Below are positions 1-6,466 of a DNA stretch of 64,000 nt, piece by piece. The stretch's first letter is position 1; every line of letters starts with the position of its first letter. The DNA is from a virus (Duplodnaviria; Caudoviricetes). Below the pieces are notes generated by a model. The model searched no databases and was not told the origin of the DNA. It saw nothing but the letters and a program-made list of their open reading frames with translations. Where the stretch lies: positions 32,001-96,000 of IMG/VR virus record IMGVR_UViG_3300013121_000005; one strand, given 5' to 3'. Both the position numbers and the translations under genes were made by a program.

Positions 1-57
1 TGGGAGAGCGCTGCCTTCGCAAGGCAGAGGTGGAGGGTTCGAGTCCCTTCGGCTCCA
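1..57 (+). tRNA. tRNA-Ala(CGC), 5' truncated by window edge
   Basis: Anticodon arm CTGCC-TTCGCAA-GGCAG, T arm GAGGG-TTCGAGT-CCCTT, 3' end GGCTCCA. Confidence 0.85.
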
Positions 58-61
58 CAAC

Positions 62-180
62 GGGCGTGTAAGCTCAAGTTCCTCGGGGTTCGCTCACGTG
101 GTTGATGGCGCCGTCAGCACGAGGGAGGGTAGAGCTAGGGCCGAAAGCCCTGTGTGCTGGTTCGAGTCCGGTCACGTCCA
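62..180 (+). tRNA. Atypical tRNA-like gene, anticodon GAA (Phe), with ~50-nt structured D-loop insertion
   Basis: Acceptor GGGCGTG/CACGTCC-A, D stem AGCTC/GAGCT interrupted by 79-128, anticodon arm TAGGG-CCGAAAG-CCCTG, T arm GCTGG-TTCGAGT-CCGGT. Confidence 0.7.
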
Positions 181-197
181 CTGGTGTAAGGGGTCCT

Positions 198-473
198 ATG
201 ACTCTCGATCAAGTTCAGACGGTTTTAGTAGCCTATGAAGAGCGCCTTCGTGAGCTGGAAGCGGATCCCAAGAGGGCCGACACAAGCCTCACACGACCTT
301 CTGAGGCTCAGGCTCTTAGGCATCTGGCTTGGATGTGTCAACAGATGCGTGAGGTTCTTAAGTCGGACTCCCCGAATTCTGAGAAAGTTGCAAGGTGGCT
401 TGGATTTGTCCAAGGGGTCTCTTGGATGACGGGGCTTTTTTCGATTGATGAAATGCGGGATCACAACCGCTGA
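198..473 (+). CDS. Small helical phage hypothetical protein (KVARWLGFVQG motif)
   Basis: ORF; ATG 198 preferred because the upstream extension overlaps a tRNA. Confidence 0.7.
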   Translation: MTLDQVQTVLVAYEERLRELEADPKRADTSLTRPSEAQALRHLAWMCQQMREVLKSDSPNSEKVARWLGFVQGVSWMTGLFSIDEMRDHNR

Positions 474-482
474 AATGAGTTT

Positions 483-555
483 GGGGATGTTGGGGAATTG
501 GAACCCCACCGAGTTGTCTACTCGATTTATGCGGGTTCGAGTCCCGTCATTCCCG
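483..555 (+). tRNA. tRNA-Asp(GTC)
   Basis: GGGGATG/CATTCCC acceptor, loop TTGTCTA, T loop TTCGAGT. Confidence 0.85.
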
Positions 556-573
556 CTGTGTCGTGTGTTCAAT

Positions 574-647
574 CGGAGTGTGGCGAAGTCTGGTATCGCA
601 CTGCGTTCGGGACGCAGGGTTCGGAGGTTCAAATCCTCTCACTCCGA
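574..647 (+). tRNA. tRNA-Pro(CGG)
   Basis: CGGAGTG/CACTCCG, CTGCG-TTCGGGA-CGCAG, TTCAAAT. Confidence 0.95.
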
Positions 648-796
648 CTGGTTCTGGTGGGGCAGTTGACTGCCAGAACCTACTTTCTGCGCGAGGGCGG
701 CGGGAAGTTTGATGGGGAGCCTCTGCACCACATAATTGTCAGATGGATGTAAGCTCCCAAGTCCTCCGGTTCTGGTTTTTATACCTGAACCGTTTT

Positions 797-865
797 GGGC
801 TTGTGTAGAAGGCTACCATCTTCCCTCGCACGGAAGGTGTACGGGAGCGTTACCCGTCAGGTCCA
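797..865 (+). tRNA. Atypical tRNA-Ala(CGC)
   Basis: GGGCTTG/CAGGTCC with G3:U70, CTTCC-CTCGCAC-GGAAG; T loop AGCGTTA and reduced D arm are non-canonical. Confidence 0.65.
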
Positions 866-900
866 CTAGGAGTAAGTAGTAGGTTTGTTGACTTAATTTC

Positions 901-973
901 GCCCACTTAGCTCACTTGGTAGAGCAGCGCCCTTGTAATGCGCAGGTAGTCGGTTCGATTCCGACAGTGGGCT
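901..973 (+). tRNA. tRNA-Thr(TGT)
   Basis: GCCCACT/AGTGGGC, loop CTTGTAA, TTCGATT. Confidence 0.92.
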
Positions 974-979
974 CTGTTT

Positions 980-1050
980 GCGGGTATCGTCTAGAGGCAA
1001 GGCCCGAGCCTTCCAAGCTCGTGACGAGGGTTCGACTCCCTCTACCCGCT
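980..1050 (+). tRNA. tRNA-Gly(TCC)
   Basis: GCGGGTA/TACCCGC, CGAGC-CTTCCAA-GCTCG. Confidence 0.93.
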
Positions 1051-1078
1051 CTGTTGGTAAACCTCTTGTGGTTTTACC

Positions 1079-1606
1079 ATGCTTGTGAAGACCTGCAACC
1101 CGTGTGGTCGAACCCTACCTGAGACTGAGTTTCACTGGCGCAGCAAGGCCAAAGGGCTTCGGATCTCTTGGTGTCGTGAGTGTGCAAGCAAGAAGTCGAA
1201 GGCGCACTACAAGACGAACAAGTCAATGTACTTGCGGAAGACCGCGAAGCACACCAAGCGGATCCGCGCAGAGCTAGCGAGCAAGATTCTCGATTACCTC
1301 AAGGTACACTCGTGCGTTGACTGCGGAGAGGCTGATCCCGTGGTGCTCCACTTCGACCATGTACGGGGGAGGAAGGCGTTCAACATCGCGAAGGCGTCTG
1401 CGAAGGGTTTTGCTTGGGCGCATGTTGAGGAGGAGATTCAGAAGTGTGATGTTCGGTGTGCCAACTGTCACATGAGAAAGACGGCTAAGGACTTCGGTTG
1501 GCGCAAGCTACTTTTTGCCCGTGAGGCTCCTGTGGAGGAGCGCCATCTTGGTAGGATGGAGTCAGAGGGTTCGACTCCCTTCGCGGGCTCTGATCCGAAC
1601 GAATGA
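1079..1606 (+). CDS. HNH endonuclease with N-terminal Zn-finger
   Basis: CxxC pairs, CVDCG...LHFDHV...CDVRCANCH; 3' end overlaps tRNA-Thr. Confidence 0.85.
   Translation: MLVKTCNPCGRTLPETEFHWRSKAKGLRISWCRECASKKSKAHYKTNKSMYLRKTAKHTKRIRAELASKILDYLKVHSCVDCGEADPVVLHFDHVRGRKAFNIAKASAKGFAWAHVEEEIQKCDVRCANCHMRKTAKDFGWRKLLFAREAPVEERHLGRMESEGSTPFAGSDPNE
1517..1589 (+). tRNA. tRNA-Thr(GGT)
   Basis: GCCCGTG/CGCGGGC, CCATC-TTGGTAG-GATGG, TTCGACT. Confidence 0.88.
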
Positions 1607-1665
1607 CCGTGGGGCTACATTGACTTGTAGGTTCGAGTCCCGGATCCTCTTGTGGTTCGGGTCAG
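1590..1665 (+). ncRNA. Y RNA (YrlA)-like element 1, reduced
   Basis: 11-bp terminal stem CTGATCCGAAC/GTTCGGGTCAG, 5' GAATG..GGGGCTACAT, 3' CTTGT, internal GGTTCGAGTCCC. Confidence 0.55.
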
Positions 1666-1667
1666 GT

Positions 1668-2021
1668 ATGATCTATGAGTACCGTGCTAAAGCTTTCCGG
1701 GTTGTGGATGGAGATACAGTTTGGCTTGAGGTGGACCTTGGTTTCCATGTCCGAGTTACCTTGGAGTTTCGCCTTGAGGGGTTGAATACGCCAGAGGTAC
1801 TTGGTCCACAGAAAACAGCCGGGTTGGCAGCTAAGGACGAATTGTCACGACTTCTTGGTTTGGGTGACCTTCGAGTGGTGTCTAGTAAGACAGAGAAGTA
1901 TGGGCGCTACCTTGCAACGTTGTATGTGACCCCTACAAATCAACCAGAGATTAACGTCAACCAGGCACTTCTAGATGGCGGTTTCGCAAAACCTTATCTA
2001 GGTTTAGGGCCGAAGTTGTAG
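1668..2021 (+). CDS. Thermonuclease (staphylococcal nuclease-like)
   Basis: VVDGDT, RLEGLNTPE, EKYGRYLA, NQALLDGGFAKPY motifs. Confidence 0.92.
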   Translation: MIYEYRAKAFRVVDGDTVWLEVDLGFHVRVTLEFRLEGLNTPEVLGPQKTAGLAAKDELSRLLGLGDLRVVSSKTEKYGRYLATLYVTPTNQPEINVNQALLDGGFAKPYLGLGPKL

Positions 2022-2115
2022 GTCTTCAAGGTACCAATGGTGGTACCTTGGGGTGGTGGACACGGCGGGTAACCGTCGCCCCCGAAGGGTCGGAGTAAAA
2101 CCCGACCCTTCATTT

Positions 2116-2187
2116 GCGGGTGTAGCTCAGTGGTAGAGCATCGGCTTCCCATGCCGAACGCCGAGGGTTCGAGTCCCTTCGCCCGCT
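2116..2187 (+). tRNA. tRNA-Gly(CCC)
   Basis: GCGGGTG/CGCCCGC, TCGGC-TTCCCAT-GCCGA. Confidence 0.93.
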
Positions 2188-2188
2188 C

Positions 2189-2293
2189 TGAAGTGAATGC
2201 AGGTAGGGGGTACATTTGGTTCGATCCCGAGATCCCGGGCTCTATCCGGGATCGCCTATTGGGGGCAAACTCTTTGCTCCACTTGTCGCTTCA
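2189..2293 (+). ncRNA. Y RNA (YrlA)-like element 2 with circularly permuted tRNA-like domain
   Basis: Terminal stem TGAAGTGA/TCGCTTCA, GAATG...TACAT, CTTGTC; T arm TTGG-TTCGATC-CCGA, closed stem GATCCCGG/CCGGGATC, D-like arm GCC-TATTGGG-GGC. Confidence 0.7.
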
Positions 2294-2297
2294 ACAT

Positions 2298-2368
2298 GAC
2301 GGGGTGCTCCGGCGAGTAACGCGGTCTGCAAAACCGCGCAGATGTGGGTTCAACTCCCCTCCCCGTCT
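2298..2368 (+). tRNA. tRNA-Cys(GCA)
   Basis: GACGGGG/CCCCGTC-T, GCGGT-CTGCAAA-ACCGC, TTCAACT; short D arm. Confidence 0.8.
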
Positions 2369-2388
2369 CCGGTGGTGTAGTTCAAGGC

Positions 2389-2922
2389 GTGAAGAAGAAG
2401 ACCTTCGACCCGAAGTTCGACCCGAAGACGACCACGCTCGCTCAGGCCCAGCAGGTCTTGAAGGACCACGCGGTTGAAGGCGCCGTCTGCCCCTGCTGTC
2501 GGCAGCTCGTGAAGCTTTACGCGAGGGAAATCACTTCCTCGATGGCGTACGTGCTGATCCTGCTGCACCGTCACTTCGAGAAGGCTCCGGACTACATCCA
2601 CGTCCCCAACTACCTCTCGGGCATGACCAAGCTCGGCTCGATGATCCGTGGAGGGGACTTCGCCAAGCTCCGCTACTGGGGGCTCCTGGAAGAGATGCCC
2701 GATGCCAAGCGCACGGACGGGAGCAAGAGAGCCGGGTTCTACCGGATGCCGGAGAAGGGTCACCAGTTCGCGAAGGGGGAGATCAAGGTCCCGAAGACCA
2801 TCTACCTCTACAACGACACCTTCCTTGGTTTCGGCCCCGGGGACACGAGCATCCACGAGTGCCTCGGGAAGGACTTCAACTACGACGACCTGATGGGCCG
2901 ACTAGGCGGCTTCCTCGTCTGA
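2389..2922 (+). CDS. Phage hypothetical protein (CPCC Zn-ribbon plus possible winged helix)
   Basis: ORF with strong C/G3 codon bias; CPCC and KLRYWGL motifs. Confidence 0.75.
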   Translation: MKKKTFDPKFDPKTTTLAQAQQVLKDHAVEGAVCPCCRQLVKLYAREITSSMAYVLILLHRHFEKAPDYIHVPNYLSGMTKLGSMIRGGDFAKLRYWGLLEEMPDAKRTDGSKRAGFYRMPEKGHQFAKGEIKVPKTIYLYNDTFLGFGPGDTSIHECLGKDFNYDDLMGRLGGFLV

Positions 2923-2930
2923 CTTCATTT

Positions 2931-3005
2931 GCCCCTGTAGCCAAATTGGATAAGGCAGCCGTCTTCTAAGCGGCAGATTTGCAGGTTCGAGTCCTGCCGG
3001 GGGTG
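2931..3005 (+). tRNA. tRNA-Arg(TCT)
   Basis: GCCCCTG/CGGGGGT, GCCGT-CTTCTAA-GCGGC. Confidence 0.93.
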
Positions 3006-3206
3006 CTAGGGTGGCTCGGGGTCTTCTGTGAAGGAGATTTCGTTAAGCTCGTTCGGGTCGAAGAAGTAGGTTAGCCCTCTTTTCACATTTTCACGAGCCT
3101 CCTCCTTAGTCTTCCCTTCAGCATGACAGCCTGGTACAGTGTAAATACTGGCTAGCCAACCGCCCTCAGACAATCCATATGTGATGTGGAAGTTCCGAGT
3201 TGCCAT
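3006..3206 (-). CDS. hicB: Orphan HicB-family antitoxin (N-terminal domain only)
   Basis: EGGWLASIYTVPGCHAEGKTKEEARENVKRGL matches the HicB partial RNase H fold pattern. Confidence 0.8.
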   Translation of the reverse strand: MATRNFHITYGLSEGGWLASIYTVPGCHAEGKTKEEARENVKRGLTYFFDPNELNEISFTEDPEPP

Positions 3207-3241
3207 CTTGGTAAGAGCGGTCGTATTGGAAGTTTTTCAAC

Positions 3242-3270
3242 TTGACGAAGGGGTAGCGTTACCTTAGCTT
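3242..3270 (+). promoter_or_regulatory. Sigma70-like promoter
   Basis: TTGACG-17 bp-TAGCTT upstream of the Arg tRNAs. Confidence 0.5.
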
Positions 3271-3349
3271 CAGATGGTGTTAAAGGGAAACAAGGGCTTC
3301 TTTTTTAGCTTGAAGAACCCAAGGGCTATTCGTTGATAGAGCATGTTTT

Positions 3350-3423
3350 CTCTCCGTCGTGACGGATACACGCACGGGTCTACGAAACCCGTTGACTAGG
3401 TTCGACTCCTAGCGGAGAGACCA
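3350..3423 (+). tRNA. tRNA-Arg(ACG)
   Basis: CTCTCCG/CGGAGAG-ACCA, CGGGT-CTACGAA-ACCCG. Confidence 0.88.
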
Positions 3424-3463
3424 TGAGTAGAGACCATGAGTAGATTTTCAATCCATAAGTACG

Positions 3464-3697
3464 GTGAAAGGTGGGACTTATGTGCTGAAACAGCACACTG
3501 GAGGTCCCATGCACATCAATCACCGTCGGAAGAATTTCTATAAGAGTTACCATCCTCGTTGGGGGGTTTCCCTTCATGAGTGGCGACGTAGGTACTGGAA
3601 GGCTGAACGTTCCCGAGTCCATATTGCTATGGCTCAGGCGCAGTTCGATGATCTTCTGGCTAGGCACCCTCAAAGCATTCTTTGGGATGTGTTTTGA
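3464..3697 (+). CDS. Small basic hypothetical protein
   Basis: ORF fills the gap between two tRNAs. Confidence 0.45.
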   Translation: MKGGTYVLKQHTGGPMHINHRRKNFYKSYHPRWGVSLHEWRRRYWKAERSRVHIAMAQAQFDDLLARHPQSILWDVF

Positions 3698-3721
3698 AAT
3701 CTTGGGTCGAAAGGCCCATCT

Positions 3722-3794
3722 GTCCTCGTAGCCTAGTGGATGAGGCACGGGTTTCCGAAGCCCGGTTACGCAGGTTCGATTCCTGCCGAGGACA
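3722..3794 (+). tRNA. tRNA-Arg(CCG)
   Basis: GTCCTCG/CGAGGAC, CGGGT-TTCCGAA-GCCCG. Confidence 0.92.
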
Positions 3795-3928
3795 CTTACT
3801 TTTCAGCCTTTGCGTCTGTGGCCCCCACTTCGACATAGGGGGGCTCTTCAGGGAGGGTGCTTGGGCTGGTGGTGTTGACGTACCCGGTGAGGGTCAGTGC
3901 GATTACTAATCGTTTGGTCCACATGTTT

Positions 3929-4002
3929 GCCCCTGTAGCTCAACTGGATTGAGCGTCGGTCTTCGGAACCGAAGGTTGAAGGTTCGAGTCCTTCCAGGGG
4001 TG
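3929..4002 (+). tRNA. tRNA-Arg(TCG)
   Basis: GCCCCTG/CAGGGGT, TCGGT-CTTCGGA-ACCGA. Confidence 0.92.
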
Positions 4003-4004
4003 CC

Positions 4005-4082
4005 GTGCTGAATGTCTGTTAGGACTACATCGTCGAATTGATACTCGATCTAATGATGTCTTAGCAACTTCCTTGTCAGCAC
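4005..4082 (+). ncRNA. Y RNA-like element 3 (stem module only)
   Basis: GTGCTGA/TCAGCAC terminal stem, GAATG..TGTTAGGACTACAT pairing with GTCTTAGCA, pyrimidine bulge ACTTCC then TTGTC. Confidence 0.6.
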
Positions 4083-4085
4083 TAT

Positions 4086-4156
4086 CGCGGCGACCCATTG
4101 GACGGGGCCGGTCTCTCATAAGGATCTGGAAGAGGTTTCGAGCACCTCCGTCGCGA
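4086..4156 (+). tRNA. Atypical tRNA with CAT anticodon (Met or Ile2)
   Basis: CGCGGCG/CGTCGCG-A, GGTCT-CTCATAA-GGATC, GAGGT-TTCGAGC-ACCTC. Confidence 0.7.
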
Positions 4157-4160
4157 CTGT

Positions 4161-4766
4161 TTACACACTCTTGTTGAGGTACTGATCGTACATGATGTCT
4201 AGAGAGAACAAGCCTGGGTGCGAGGCGAGCGCTACTCCAACAGGGGTAATTGCTTCGATTTTCATCGACATATAGTATTGAGCTGCAAGTCCTACTAGAG
4301 CTACACTAGAGGTCCGATGTACTAGTCGAGTTGTAGTTCCAGCGTCGTCGTAAGTGTCTTCGACTTCAGCTACTGTAGGGGTGATCGCTGCATCCCCAGA
4401 AGTTGTTGGGGATGAGGCGAAGACTACATAGGTAACTCGCCAACGGACAGCTTTCCCTTGTTCGTTAGCGTTGCTGGTTTTTGTCCAGTGTAGGTGAAAG
4501 GTCCCATTGCCTGCGTAGTTGGATGGGATCTTGAATTGCCTGAATGCGGCGTCGTTGTTCAGGGAGAAATCTAGGTAGATAAAAGGGCCCACTACTGCTG
4601 GGGTAGGGGTGGTACCTGGTAGCCCACTGTAGTAGCTGGCGGTGACGATAGGTCCATGGAATGTCCCGATTTCGTTTTCAACCGCAAGTAGAGCTGGGTT
4701 GATATCGCGACGGAGATCCGCTTTGGGTAGCGGTTTTCCGAATTTGGACCATACGGGTGCGCTCAT
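4161..4766 (-). CDS. Hypothetical beta-rich protein, possibly virion/surface
   Basis: 201-aa ORF rich in Thr/Ala/Tyr. Confidence 0.7.
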   Translation of the reverse strand: MSAPVWSKFGKPLPKADLRRDINPALLAVENEIGTFHGPIVTASYYSGLPGTTPTPAVVGPFIYLDFSLNNDAAFRQFKIPSNYAGNGTFHLHWTKTSNANEQGKAVRWRVTYVVFASSPTTSGDAAITPTVAEVEDTYDDAGTTTRLVHRTSSVALVGLAAQYYMSMKIEAITPVGVALASHPGLFSLDIMYDQYLNKSV

Positions 4767-4824
4767 AGTAGGTATTGGGGTTCTCCCCTACTGTAGGGGT
4801 GTCATCGAGAGACTATCGAACCCT

Positions 4825-5709
4825 TTACGGTCTACACGCTCCATCGACACATGTTTGTACTCCACACAAGATGGCTTGTGCCCAAGCTCCTTGACTCCCA
4901 CAGGTTTCAACGATGTTGACGGTGACACCCATGATGACAGTGGTGGAGCACCTTCGGGAACCTGGGGCACAAGTACCTGTACATTGTGCGTCTGGGTTGA
5001 GGGTGCACACATAGGGGCAAACCGCGTCTGTCTGCCAGGCTCCGAGTCCAGTACAGGTTTGATCTTCGTTGCCTAGACAACGAGTGGCCCCAGGGTTGCA
5101 TTCGTAGCAGGCCCCGCTCAAACAAATTGGGGTACCTCCTGCACATGCTGGGAGGTTGGTCCAATTCCCAGACCCATCGCAGACTTGAGGGGTGCCCAGG
5201 AGGCACCTTCTGGTGCCTGGGTTACAGACCACACATTCCCCTCCGAAGCATAGGGCAGGGCATGCGGGTAGGTCGTTCCAAGTGAACCCCTGTGCATCGC
5301 AGACTTGTGGTGTAGTAGTGCCAGAAGAACACTGCTTGGACCCTGGGGTACAGATGGGAAGGGGAGGGGCTACATCGGTACCCGCATCCTCTGCATCTGT
5401 TACTGCATCTGTTCCGACTTCTACAGCGGCGTCCTCTACCCCGGCGTCGTTTTTTCCAGCGTCCCCTCCAGTTTCTTTGCTGCTACTGTCGGAAGCTTGA
5501 CTAGCATCCTTTCCCTCAGGGGGGCTGTCCGCCTCAGCGTCGTTCGGTTTAGCTCCATCTGTTTGGCTTGAAGCTACTGCTGCCCCACCTCCCTCAAATT
5601 CTTCTTTACTTGCTTTTCCCTCTGTATTACTAGGGGTGGAGTCTCCGAATGAGGAGCATGCAACGATAGCGGAAACACTTGTAATCAGTACGTGTCGTCG
5701 TTGGAACAT
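4825..5709 (-). CDS. Cys-rich repeat lipoprotein of myxobacterial style
   Basis: Signal peptide with lipobox-like IVAC, DAG-rich linker, four C-x-PG-x-(R/K)-x-C repeats. Confidence 0.8.
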   Translation of the reverse strand: MFQRRHVLITSVSAIVACSSFGDSTPSNTEGKASKEEFEGGGAAVASSQTDGAKPNDAEADSPPEGKDASQASDSSSKETGGDAGKNDAGVEDAAVEVGTDAVTDAEDAGTDVAPPLPICTPGSKQCSSGTTTPQVCDAQGFTWNDLPACPALCFGGECVVCNPGTRRCLLGTPQVCDGSGNWTNLPACAGGTPICLSGACYECNPGATRCLGNEDQTCTGLGAWQTDAVCPYVCTLNPDAQCTGTCAPGSRRCSTTVIMGVTVNIVETCGSQGAWAQAILCGVQTCVDGACRP

Positions 5710-5767
5710 GGTTACTTAGACCTCTGAGGGAGAAACGTAGTAAAGCAGTTTTTCTTCAAAAATCTGG

Positions 5768-5796
5768 TTGAGCCTTTGGGGTTTCAACGTTAAGCT
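5768..5796 (+). promoter_or_regulatory. Sigma70-like promoter upstream of tRNA-Val
   Basis: TTGAGC-17 bp-TAAGCT. Confidence 0.5.
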
Positions 5797-5808
5797 TACA
5801 TACATAGA

Positions 5809-5879
5809 GCCGGATTAGTTCAGTGGTAGAATGCTCCTTTTACACGGGAGATAGGGGGGTTCGATTCCCTCATCCGGTA
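5809..5879 (+). tRNA. tRNA-Val(TAC)
   Basis: GCCGGAT/ATCCGGT, CTCCT-TTTACAC-GGGAG. Confidence 0.9.
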
Positions 5880-5883
5880 CTAC

Positions 5884-5967
5884 GCTCGTGTGGCGGAATG
5901 GCAGACGCATCGGATTTAGGTTCCGACGGGTAAAACCGTGAGGGTTCGACTCCCTCCACGAGCACCA
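5884..5967 (+). tRNA. tRNA-Leu(TAG)
   Basis: GCTCGTG/CACGAGC-ACCA, long variable arm, loop TTTAGGT. Confidence 0.95.
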
Positions 5968-6023
5968 GATTCTTCTTGTAGCTTCCTCTTGAAGGAGGGG
6001 TTGAATCTCCTCCTTGGAGGTTT

Positions 6024-6323
6024 TTGATGAGACGCTCAGGGCGGGCGGTGGGCAAGCAGCCCCAGCAGAGTCGAGAGGCGAAAAAACCTAAGCAAAAGAA
6101 GACGTTGGAGGAGGAGTGTAGGATTCGGATCACTGCGCTCCATGATGCTGTTCGTGATCGGGCAGCATTAGCCAACAAAGAAAAGTACCGTGAAGCTGAG
6201 GATGAGGTGCTGAGGATGGTGTATGGTCCTAACTGGAGGACCCTTGACCTTCCTCATGACCCTAAGCCATCTAAGGTTGCCGTCAATGCGGATGTGGAAG
6301 ATGCAGAGCGCAAAGCCGGGTGA
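6024..6323 (+). CDS. Hypothetical protein
   Basis: ORF with GGAGG RBS. Confidence 0.6.
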   Translation: MMRRSGRAVGKQPQQSREAKKPKQKKTLEEECRIRITALHDAVRDRAALANKEKYREAEDEVLRMVYGPNWRTLDLPHDPKPSKVAVNADVEDAERKAG

Positions 6324-6357
6324 GGCGTTTAGCATATGAGGTAACTAACTGCTTTTT

Positions 6358-6436
6358 GGGCCGTCACCTAAGCTGCTGGTCGCAGTAACACGTCTTATGA
6401 GCGTGAGGTTTGGGGGTTCGACTCCTCGGCGGCCTA
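6358..6436 (+). tRNA. Atypical tRNA with TAT anticodon (Ile)
   Basis: GGGCCGT(C)/(G)GCGGCCT-A, CACGT-CTTATGA-GCGTG, TTCGACT; abnormal D arm. Confidence 0.65.
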
Positions 6437-6466
6437 CTAAGGGATGTAGATGAAAGTGAGGATCAA

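Noticed and set aside
102-197. N-terminal extensions of track ORFs at 102, 1515, 2344 and 6410
   Set aside because: They overlap tRNA genes; downstream starts are more plausible
1590-1665. Theta (HDV-like) ribozyme after tRNA
   Set aside because: Could not build the nested double pseudoknot (no P1.1 GG or J4/2 catalytic C); the Y-RNA pattern fits better
3416-3441. att site at the tRNA-Arg 3' end
   Set aside because: Only a 13-bp adjacent tandem duplication; no integrase or intervening element
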